DNA of 43,150 nt from Catajapyx aquilonaris (lineage: Eukaryota): the NCBI GenBank assembly GCA_000934665.2, contig JYFJ02003345.1, forward strand, positions 1 through 43,150, given 5' to 3'. This document shows positions 1-43,150 of this stretch, piece after piece. How positions within the stretch are numbered: the stretch's first letter is position 1; every line of letters starts with the position of its first letter. The position numbers and the translations under genes are program-made. The notes below the pieces were generated by a model that was not told where the DNA came from, made no database searches, and saw only the letters and a program-made list of their open reading frames with translations.

Positions 1-1557
1 TGACCCGCGAATTGTCTCTAAGAAATTCAGGCTTACACTTATGTGCAAGCAGGTTTCATCCAGAGTGATGAGGATATTGAGGTCACCATCTTTTTTTTAA
101 AATGTATATAGTCGGTCTATTCAGCGGATATCACGCCCACGTTTTATCCGGAATTTAATCCGGGAAAAGCTGCCTCCGGATTATACAGTCTAGTCCCTCT
201 CGACAATATGAAGTAATGTGCACCGTAGCATTTCGTTTTTGGCATATGAGAGAAATATGACCGAGAGTCCTTGACACGAGCTGGTTTGACGTATATTTTG
301 TGTTCACGAAAATAATGTCAGGTGCGCAAATTACATCCGAGCTAAAATTAGCAGCAAAAAAATATTCGCAATTTTAGTTCGAAAAGCACCGCCACACAAC
401 ACAAGAGAAGTTACGTTTTCTGATCACTGCCGGTTAAATGGCAGATTAATTGAATTTTAATTAGTGGCACCAGACCGGGTAATTATTTCAAAAACGTTGC
501 GACAACTTTTGAACACAAGGCGTGTGACGCTTGACTCCGGGAGGAGTAAACAACCAATTTTGCATGCAGTTTCCAGATAAGTTGGGGCTAATTACCTTCG
601 AGGGGTGTTTCCGAGATGTTTTTAGGGGTTCCCATACATGTTCGGGGGGTGCACTAAAAACAAAATTAGCGAGATGGCAGGAGAAGGGAAGAGCCAAAAA
701 AAAATAAATTGGGGAGGCACGTTATGAATATCGATTCGCAGAAGTATTATGACAGACGCAAAAATTTCGTGGAATTTAGCAGTCCAGATGGAACCAGTAT
801 TTTTGCTGGATTCGCACAAAAAAAACCCACTACGGTAGTGTTCTTTGAATTAATATCGTAGCCTATGTCTGGGCTGGTTTCTAATCGTCGGCCACAAAAA
901 CCACATCTTTGATCCCACTTCCTAAATAATTTTTATTTTAAAATTTTCCTGATTTAAAATCCATTGGACACGCGAAATACACATATGATGTGTAGAGTAG
1001 ACAGGCATTTTTTTTTTCTATAGCTTCTCTTGGTTGCATATGTGAAGCAGTGACACGATTTTTTTGGGGGGTAATAAACTGCTCATAAATGTTAACTGAT
1101 GCGAATCATGCAATGCCATTTTGAACATCCTTATGAGCGTAAAATATGTGCGTCATATTTTTAAAATAAACCTTTCGTGCAGCATACAACCAGCATAAAT
1201 TCCAGTTGCATTGTGTGGGATTTTCAGTCTGTCCGAATTATTTTTTTTATAATTTAATATTATGGCTTCACGGGCTAGTTGCATATGAGAATGGATGCAA
1301 TTAAAATCCAGATATTATAGCAAAATATAATTAAATTTAAAAACATCGGTACTGTTTTCCAACCAAATCGCTAATTAATATTAATAACTCATATTTTTTT
1401 TTCAAGACCGTTTATGAAATACAGTTTATTGCTTTTGTAGTCTAAATATGGTGCCCGGACCTTGGGATATGGGCAGCAGCACATTTTCACGTGGTTGCGT
1501 CAAACGAAACAATATTCATACCACTGCTCATACTATTAGAAGGTCATCTTTCCAACA

Positions 1558-1630
1558 GGCCGTGTGGCCCAACGGATAAGGCGTCGGACTTCGGATCCGA
1601 AGATTGCGGGTTCGAATCCCGTCATGGTCG
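1558..1630 (+). tRNA. tRNA-Arg-TCG: tRNA-Arg (anticodon TCG)
   Basis: 73-nt cloverleaf. Acceptor stem GGCCGTG/CATGGTC, anticodon arm TCGGA-CT-TCG-GA-TCCGA, T-loop GGTTCGAATCC. An oligo-T Pol III terminator follows at ~1637-1643. Confidence 0.97.
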
Positions 1631-2377
1631 ACCTCCTTTTTTTAAAAATTTATTTATGGATCTTTAAAAAAAAAATTAAGTGTGAGTTACACCCTGGTTT
1701 TAAGATGTTGAGTCAACAAATTTATTAGACGCTGAACCTTGAAGGCTAGTTAACACACATCCGTAAACCTTGAAACTGCGCGAGAATAAGTTACCTTATT
1801 TTAATTCCGAGCATGACACACAGCAGAGTTTGAAGGCTATATTTACAGTGCATATAATCCGTCGTCTGATGTAATTAATTTAGTTGACAATCCTGTTTCT
1901 GGAGGCAGGAGTTGGACAAAGTGTTGATGTCTGGTGGATGCCACCCGGGCTTTTCAGGTGGTTCCTATTCAGGGTACGTCAGGGGGCTCAATCCTTGGGA
2001 GTGACACGGTCCTGAAACTCTCCCCTAATTACCCTTGGACTTCTGCTTCGGGTTCCTTTACGCCAAAATGGAGACGGACATTGGATGGGCAAATGGCCCC
2101 CCCGATTTCGTGGGGGAGGCCATCACGATGGACCCTCCTTCCCATTATTCCTCATTGATATATGGCTAATGGGCATCTTCATCACAGGAGAGGGTTGCTC
2201 GAGTCCAGTCTGTTGTCTCTCTAACTTTCTGTACTTTCACCCATGCATGTACGTGGTATTTCCCCTTAGGTTTTACCGTGCATTAATTTACGGCTAATAA
2301 ATCTCTGGGAGCATAAGTTGTGCCCGTAATTTCTGCAGACTGTGGAAACAAAAGTTGAAAATATTATGCAGATAAGG

Positions 2378-3138
2378 GCACCATATTTTTTTTATCTCTG
2401 GAAAGTGACGTAGCCTTTTCACTTTATTAGGATTCTGCCACACCGTAGACAAACTTTGGAGCAAAATGACATGTCCTGCAACATTAGGGCCAATCTCAGA
2501 CTTGCATTTATTAGAAGCCCTGAAAAAGACGGTTTGCTAGAGGCTGTCACCAACTGGCGGCGCCATAAATAATTAACAGTTTAATTTCCGCACTCACTAT
2601 AGTACGCGTTTCGCAGCCAGACCGCATTAATCTAATTAGCGAATGCGGACCAGAATGGATTCCCGATAGATATGCAAATTGCACGACTCCGACACAGGGT
2701 GAAGCAAAAGCACTGCTTTCGAATCAATGACAGGTGTTGCCACTGCGATCCTTTTTNGCACCATATTTTTTTTTTATCTCTGGAAAGTGACGTAGCCTTT
2801 TCACTTTATTAGGATTCTGCCACACTGTAGACAAACTTTGGAGCAAAATGACATGTCCTGCAACATTAGGGCCAATCTCAGACTTGCATTTATTAGAAGC
2901 CCTGAAAAAGACGGTTTGCTAGAGGCTGTCACCAACTGGCGGCGCCATAAATAATTAACAGTTTAATTTCCGCACTCACTATAGTACGCGTTTCGCAGCC
3001 AGACCGCATTAATCTAATTAGCGAATGCGGACCAGAATGGATTCCCGATAGATATGCAAATTGCACGACTCCGACACAGGGTGAAGCAAAAGCACTGCTT
3101 TCGAATCAATGACAGGTGTTGCCACTGCGATCCTTTTT
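2378..3138. repeat. ~380-bp direct duplication flanking a single N (probable assembly overlap artefact)
   Basis: 2378-2756 is repeated at 2758-3138 across the N at 2757. The differences seen are a T-run length (8 vs 10) and one C/T substitution. Confidence 0.9.
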
Positions 3139-3725
3139 TTTCCAATATGGGGAGACTCCTGTGGGCTTGTAAAAATCCAGCCCCAAAAAATGGGCACATC
3201 TGCCATTGTTCGACCCATCGACCCATATCTGAATCTCTCCCAGCTTCACATTCTTGGCGAGAAAAAGTAAGTGAAGGTTTTGCGGAAGACATTTTCTATG
3301 GTGACGCTATCAGGAAACCCGGAGGCCTTTTTTCTCTAGCTCTTTTTCCGGCCGCCATTTGCAGACAAACTGCCTCATCGGCCCCTCAGCCTGTATAAGA
3401 CTATATTCCAGGAAGAGCTATAAACTTTTTCCGCGCTCTTTACGCGAGTGGGAAGCTTGATTATCGCACTGGGAGATACGAGTCCACCACGCCCTTAATC
3501 ATGTGGCCCATGTGTTTTTTTACGCCATCTAATCGGATATTTTCGGCGTCTAAAAGATGGGCGAACACTGTGGGGAGTGGTCGAGTTTCAGGAGAAAGCA
3601 TCACTGGTAATTATCAGTCGTAATCGTGCCTGTATTATTTTTTTCGTACAAAATTTCAAACATTTCTGTGAACAAATGAAAAACTAACACAATCACTAAA
3701 CATTTCAAATGCCAGAAGTGCCCCT

Positions 3726-3912
3726 AGTACACAGCAAGTACACAGCTCGAGACAGCAAGTACACAGCCAGTACACAGCTAGTACACAGCCAGTACACAGA
3801 AAGTACACAGCAAGTACACAGCAAGTACACAGCAAGTACACAGCAAGTACACAGCCAGTACACAGCAAGTACACAGCCAGTACACAGCAAGTACACAGCC
3901 AGTACACAGCAA
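3726..3912. repeat. 11-bp minisatellite (AGTACACAGCM) x ~17
   Basis: Tandem AGTACACAGCA/AGTACACAGCC units. Explains the low-complexity ORFs at 3656-3984. Confidence 0.95.
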
Positions 3913-6900
3913 GAATTAATTCTCAAAATTGCGTCTGATTTTCTACGGCTGTGGCCATTGCTATATCATGTAGCCCTCTTTTAAACACAAATAAGTCCAA
4001 AGCTTTCAGTCATAATGACTCTTTTCGTTTAGGAGTAGCTTAAGTTCAGAATTCCATGCCGTACAGCGAAAAGTCCTCTCTCATTGAATGTTTTTCCACC
4101 CCCTGTGTGTAATATCACTTAGGTTACTAATCCCGCGCATTTTCCAGCCGAATGCACATGGCTCCCGCACAGTTTCATCTTCTACGTCCCATTGAGAATT
4201 CAAAAGGATCGCTTTATAAAGGCACGATATTCATTTAGAAGGAGGAGGAGGAGGAGGGGTTCTGAAGAAAAGCCTTTCCTCTCTTGGAGGAGAAGATATA
4301 AGGCGGTCCTTAGGTGTCAGGTTTATAAGCCTCTTTTCTTTTGAGACGGCGGCTTGGGAATGAAAATGCACGCTGCGCTCTCTCTAGGTCAACCTCCTTC
4401 TCTCCCAAATATACGGCGTCATAGGAACCACGTCATTTCATTGTGTTTCCTCAAGCTCACTCATTTGATGGTGGAGGGGGAAGGGAAACAAGGTCTAAGT
4501 TTCCCAGCATCACCTTTGCTGCTCTGTTTGATGGATGGATGGATGGAGTCAAAAGAGACGCCTTCTCCGAGCAGACTATTGTGTTGTCGGTACACTGAGC
4601 TGCAAAAGTACTCTGGGCAAACTATAGTGGCGGTTAATTTATGCCGCTTAAAACTTTTGGATACTCTGTCCAAACATCAAAAGAGCCTCCGTTTGTGTTC
4701 TGCTTCCAGACCAAGCCCAACTGGGTTGGTAATTATTGCGTCTTCTCCTTTGAGTTCACACATTTTATGCGCAATTAGTGATTTCATATTTTAGCGCAGA
4801 CGTAACTGAATTACTCGTTTCCCATATGCGGATATGAAGTGACGCGTTTATTGGGCCTGATTAAAATGTTAAGCAGGTCGCTTGATTTGATAGACTTGGT
4901 TGGAACTACTCCGGTTTCCATAATAATAATAATACGAGTAATGCCATGGTAATTCCTAGCAAGGAGATGAAGTAATGGCTCATGTTTGTATGGATGAGGC
5001 TTTGTTACATACTGTGTACCGGCAGAAACATCAATAATCACACACTGAGCCGATTAGTAGGGGAAAAAGGACATCAAGCAGATTGAGAAAATTGAAAAGC
5101 ATCGCCCAATTCTTGTGACAAAAGGCAATGTTGCTAATTTGGAGTGAGCATACGTAAGACCCTTGGGAGATGGAAAAAAATATATAATTAGCAGCACTTG
5201 AAATGAGAAGCACAGGGGAGGGTTTATACTAATGGAAGCTTTCCCAGCTCTTTGTAAAAGCTGGCTGCAAATTACTTTCGCTCACTTTCGTGCAGCTTTG
5301 TTGGACGCATATTGGGAAGTGTTCTCTCTCCATGGATAGCAAAAAAAAGGCTGCACGTGTTGATGGCCATACTGCACGGAAAAGGGAATTATTTTTAGCT
5401 GGCATATATTCAGAGTGCAAACGACAATTGGCACTTCTAACTGCATTGTCCTGCTAAAAACACAGCATTGTCATTCTAGAAAATTAGGCTACTCTTTCAT
5501 ATATCGGGAGACACCGCACTTTTACAGACTTTCCTAGGCTTGTATATGCTGAAGGATCCGCTGATGAATAGAAGTGTATCCGCTGAAGGATAGGTGTGTA
5601 TCCGCCAGGAAGGAAAGTTAGCCACTTGCGGTCTCCCCGTTTCCGAAAATTATTTAAAATAATATTGGAAGCAACATTATTGTTGTAGGAAAATTGAGAC
5701 GTCGTTCCCTGCCATTTGCGAATACTGTATACTGTGCATTTACTTCACTGTATGTTTTGGCAATAAAGCCTGGTTCTAGCCCCCCTTTGTAGCTCACTCG
5801 GCGTAAGGTGAAGACTTGGGTGGGTTTCTGAAACCTACGGAATCCTCTTTCACATGGCTTGAGGCCTCCTGTTTTAATCGAGTTTTCTTGTACTGCGGGA
5901 GACCTGAGCCGAAGGTATGTCGACACGTCTCTTTTCCCCCCAAAATCCTTAGCTCTTTAGAATTTCGTTGCCCAGTTATGCGGAAATTTCGCATTTACAA
6001 ACTGTTGGCATCTGAGAGCTTCCATTGGAGAGGGCCAGATTTTCTTGACAAAAGACACATGCACTGGTGCTTTAATGTGTAAGCAATCCTGAGCAGTGCA
6101 CCACCCTGTGTCGCCAGTATAAATTGGGCGTTAATATTATTAGGTGGGACATCTGAAGAGCAGAGTAAGGTCCTTTGGGTCTGCTGCGTTTCCCTAATGG
6201 GAGCAACACAAGGGCTTGTTCGCCATCCAGTCCGGTATCCGATCAGGTTACGAATGACAACCGAGCTGAGCCTGGGTCCCCCGGAAATGTGATTACCTCC
6301 AAAGTACAGTTTGGAATTAAAAGCGAAAAGCAAGACCTATATACGTGACTCTATACACACATGGGGAGACGCTCTTAAAATGATGATTAAATGCAGCCTT
6401 AATTAGCTGTTTTTATGTACGTGCTGTGCGGATAATTAAGAAAGCCCGGTTACATGGAGGAGTATTATAAGTTCAAGTTTCGGGTGAGGCAAAATTATGG
6501 CTGAATCTTTTTTGGCTTCTGGGCTAGCTCTGGAGAGATGCTGGCTGCACACCTGATTAAATTTCATCTCCGTCGCGGGAATTTTCTCTCTGCATCGTTG
6601 AGCATCCTGGTGGGTTGCTCCATGTTTGGGATTAGCAATTTTCAAGCCACATTTCTGAAATATTTTTTATAATACATATACGGATGTTGGATCATATGTC
6701 CCGAGGATATCCAATTCTGGTCACGTATTTGGTGGCATACCGCAAACAAGTTGTGACCAGGTTTTTATGAGGTTTATACGGATAGAAATGTCAAAGGAAG
6801 ACTGAAATGAAGGTGCACTGGTACATATACTCAAATTAAAAGAAAATCTGTGATTATACATGTACGTCATAAAAAAATTTCCATTTATTTGTGCTTATTC

Positions 6901-7454
6901 ATGAAGGACTCGAAGATAATTTATGCAAATTATTTGACATGACGTACACGAGATAGAAGCACTGCATTAAAGGAATAATTTTCTATGCAGAACACTTGTT
7001 ACTTTTTAGTTCAAACTCTGAAAACCACTCGTGCAAGTTGGTTGCATAATCATGCATATTTTTAAAGTAACCAGTACAATATGACCCGAATTTTTCAGGT
7101 TGCAATAATATTGCTCTTATCCAAACTAATCCAACTATAATTGAGTTCAAGGAACCCATAACAACATGGTGTAATGGAAGTGATTCGCCAATTTTCGAGA
7201 TCAATTGACCCCATCCTCTCAGGTAGTTTAAGTTTTAATCAGATCTAGGATCTAGTTAGGAGAAAATTGTGCGGGTTTCAACAGCGATTTTCAGAGTTGG
7301 CCAATAATAATCTGCGGAGAAAGCTACTAATATTTATGTTATTAATTTATGCAAACTAGTGATTACGATTGATTAGAAATTATTCCGCTTTGTTTACAGA
7401 CCCAATGTTTTTTTTTTTTTTTGTAATTTCAGGTGACCTGGATTATTCATCCCA

Positions 7455-39966
<32,512 letters not shown>

Positions 39967-40526
39967 CCCAACCAGGAGCCTCCTTCGCGACGCCTCCACA
40001 GCAGAGGCGGAAGCGGAGGGGCAGGAGGTGCGGGGGCAGGGGGCGAGGAGGCGCGCTGGTATCGCAAAAGACTCCTCAGTTTCAAGTCGCTCTCCATCCC
40101 ATAATGATAAAAACAATTTTGCCAACTCCTTAAGAGGAGGAAAACAAGCTGAAAGTGACCGGTGGCCTTCTTTGTCCCAAATGCCTGCTTTTTTTCTTCA
40201 GGAAGAAAAAAAAAGCATAAGATGAACTTCAGAGTGGGCCTTATCACAGTGGATTTTTATGTGCATTTCTGGCAAGGACTGGATTTGATCTGACTAGTGT
40301 TGCCTTGTCGATTTTTTTGTATACTGTCGGTTGTACGTATAATTTCATCACCGCTTAACATAACATTCATAGGCTTAGATTGCTATTTACTTACAGGTGA
40401 TGCTCTTCACCACTTTCTCAATCATAGTGGAAAATTTTTAAAAAAGAAGTGCATATATGCAATGGTATGAAAGGAAGTCATACAATAAGTGAGCTTTGTG
40501 ATATCCAAGTATAAGTCCAGTGCATT

Positions 40527-40532
40527 AATAAA
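40527..40532 (+). terminator. Candidate polyadenylation signal of PKC delta
   Basis: First AATAAA seen downstream of the last coding exon. Confidence 0.5.
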
Positions 40533-41022
40533 GTTGATACCTGATTAGATGTAAGGAGGGGGTTGGGCTTAGCAAAGCCAAACTAATAGCGGTGCTATTA
40601 TTAGCAGGGGGAAAACAAAAGAATAGGGTTAATGTTTGTTTCACAAATTGCACTGAGATTTATTTGTATGATACACTGATCAACATTGCAAAAAATGTAA
40701 AACTCATTACTTCATTCCAGTCTGTTGCATCTCATTCAGTCATCATTTCACATTATCACAGCATTGCTTTCATTCTTAGCCATTCACCATAAGAAATGTA
40801 AATGATCTGTCAAGTGCCCCTACAAAAATAAGCCGAACATTTAAAAAAATTACTTGCCTCAGACTCGTCATCAGAGTGGATAGTAACTGAGTCATCTATT
40901 CTGAATAAACTATTAAATGCACTTAATCCATTAAAATACCCAAAGCAACCCATTACAATTACAGGAAGCTTCATAAAAACTTGTTCCCCGAAGAGTGCAG
41001 TACATATGGAAAAAATACTGGC

Positions 41023-42294
41023 TTAAGCCTTGGCTTGAACATTGAACTTCTTCTTATTATGACTCTCAGACGTGTAATGCTGATGTGCACTTGCTTCCCC
41101 TGTAAATGTCGCATTGCATAGAGCACATCTCTCCAGTGAGTTATATTCGTCACCACCCAAAAGCTTCTTTACTTTTGCAAGGTGAGATTTCCCTTTCTTG
41201 TGATCATAAGCAGACTGAATAGAGGGACATTCTATCTCGCAGAAAAGACACTTCAAGTAGTTCTTTTCTCGTTTTTTTGTGTTCAGAACCGTCGAAATGA
41301 GGCCTCACTTCGATAGGCTTCAGGGATTTGTTGCAGCATTGGCATTTAGTTTCTTGGGTTCCACTGGTTGGCATGTTGGAAGCTCCAAGGGACGCAGGAG
41401 CAGCAGGAGCAGAAGGCAAATCCTAGGGAAAATGAAAATAATTACTGTAGATTAAATGCTACACCGCATAAAATGCAGTTTGAGTACCTGCAATCCTGAC
41501 GCCAGCGAAGTTGCTCTGCCTGAAATGACAACATAATTATCATTATCATTACTATCGCTTCACGTAAGATTTCATGTCCTATTTAAGAAAACTGGTTCAC
41601 CGTCTATTTCAGCCATCAGTGAAGAAACATTCTTACGATGAGTAGCACTTGCCAGATGTGCAGCATAATCAGCATTGAATGACCTAATTGTCATTGAGCA
41701 AACAAGACATTTGAAATTTAATCCTTGCGTTTGCAGGCTAATGGACAAAACAACTCATGTCAAGAGTTTAATCAGACTTGTAGGTAGCATAATTATAATG
41801 ACATACCTGGGCAAACTTGGAATGAGGTTATCACCACCTATATCCCTCCTCTCTACAGCTCTCCCTCCACCATTCAAAATCTGGTCAAAGATTGGGTCCT
41901 GAAACACCCCGCTTGTGGTTGAACCATTTCCAATGGCCGTAGAAGGCACATCCAAACTCTGAGAGATTTCCCATGGAACCCTGGCGTTATCATCAAACGC
42001 CAGCAGGTCAATCTCGGCTCCAGTGGTGTTATTCTCAGCTCCCGTGGTGTTACTCTCAGCTTCAGTGGTGTTATTCTTAGACCGGGATCGGCCTCCTTCA
42101 AGTTGAAATATCCGTTTCTCCAATTCTGTAACCCTTGATTTTAATATTTCATTATCGCATTTCAGCCTCAGAATGTCTTTTTCCATGGAACTAATATGTT
42201 CTTGGCTGGCGATTTCAGAAGAGGTCATCTTGTCTTGCAGGCTTGTGATCATTTTTAAAATGTCCACTTGAGACACGATACTAGCAGCCATCAT
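41023..42294 (-). CDS. Coiled-coil plus four U1/matrin-type (CxxC...HxxxxxH) zinc-finger protein; apparent 1-nt frameshift
   Basis: Exons 42294-41807, 41737-41601, 41519-41488 and 41422-41023 with GT-AG introns of 69, 81 and 65 nt in consistent phase. Fingers: CLVC..HLASATH, CQCC..HFDGSEH, CLFC..HKKGKSH, CALC..HYTSESH. The frame changes at an A7 run (41272-41278). The ATG exon has an acceptor at 42381-42382. Confidence 0.8.
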
Positions 42295-43060
42295 GAAAGC
42301 TAATTATCTCAAGTGCGAGTAGAATGTGGGGTAACTTTGGAAGTGCCACGAAGAATCACAAAATGATTATGTTCCTTCCCCTGCAACATGAAACACAAAA
42401 CATTAAACATACAGCATGGCCACAACACATGTTAAGTCTTTATATCACACTGTAATATCCCAAGCAGTACAGATTCTTTTCCTACGTGCATGATGTCCCA
42501 TAAAGTTTTCACCTACTGCGACATGTAGGGTAGGCCAGAGGAAACACATAGCATCTTGGTTGGTTAAAACTGTGATATCCAGGACTTTCTAATTTCATTT
42601 ATTCATGTTGAGCACTACAGTATTTGCCACTGATCTATGCTTTTCTCTAGCCTCATGATAGTACAGACATTCTATTTTCAGATTATACTTCAGATTTTGA
42701 AAAGGACCCTAGAGATGATGCCAAAGACTGGAATTGAGGCAATCTGCTAAGTTCTTTGAAATGTGCAAGGCGTTCTAAATCTTATTGAAACTATAATTAC
42801 TGTATTTGGGGACCTTGTAATGAGTTTGTATAAACACTCATCATTTTGTTTTAGCTGTGAATGATTTTTTTAGCAACATCAGGAAGACAGAAAATGACTT
42901 TTTCTTCAGAAATGAAGTTCATGTTAGTGGGCATTCAAAAGGTGAGATAACAATGACATAACAAGCACTTTAAATTAGAATTTCAATAATTTTCAATTTA
43001 ACAGCTACTAATGATTCGCCTATTACTTTTACATTCTCAAATCCACAGTTTTATGTATTA

Positions 43061-43150
43061 CTAGCAGGATACCCGGCGTTGCTCGGGTTATGAAAGACTT
43101 TTCCATAGGAGTGACTCATTGATTTAGTAGTAACCTTTGCAATAATTATG
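43061..43150 (-). mobile_element. Helitron 3' terminus (element probably extends beyond the window)
   Basis: The minus strand reads CCCGAGCAACGCCGGG-TATCCTG-CTAG/T: a GC-rich subterminal hairpin, a short spacer, then CTAG followed by T. Confidence 0.65.

Noticed and set aside
2378..3138. Near-perfect tandem duplication as a biological event
   Set aside because: It is centred exactly on a 1-nt N gap with allele-like differences, typical of unmerged contig overlap.
3656..3984. Cys/Val/Leu-rich and STQ-repeat ORFs
   Set aside because: They are translations of the 11-bp minisatellite.
5654..7204. Several short minus-strand ORFs with splice-like signals
   Set aside because: I could not assemble a phase-consistent gene or recognise any domain.
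40820..40900. Possible extra minus-strand exon (IDDSVTIHSDDESE) of the zinc-finger gene with a GC donor
   Set aside because: It lies downstream of the stop at 41023, no compatible upstream donor was found, and the following intron would be only 38 nt.

Overview
Eukaryotic, intron-rich genomic DNA, probably from an arthropod (inferred from the protein sequence and the TCAGT-Inr/DPE promoter motifs; species not determinable). Most of the window is one + strand novel protein kinase C delta (nPKC delta/theta-like) gene, 7433-~40550. Fifteen GT-AG coding exons join in consistent phase into a 731-aa C2-pseudosubstrate-C1a-C1b-kinase-tail protein. The locus looks highly modular. It has two extra intragenic first exons, each with correctly spaced core-promoter motifs. 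It has a pair of duplicated 139-nt mutually exclusive exons for the catalytic loop and activation segment (DFG versus DMG). It has two alternative C-terminal tails, and a candidate UGA-C stop-codon readthrough extension. Also present: a tRNA-Arg(TCG) gene, a convergent - strand coiled-coil plus four U1/matrin-type zinc-finger gene with a homopolymer frameshift, two minisatellites, Helitron-like remnants and an assembly-gap duplication. All isoforms are predicted from sequence only.
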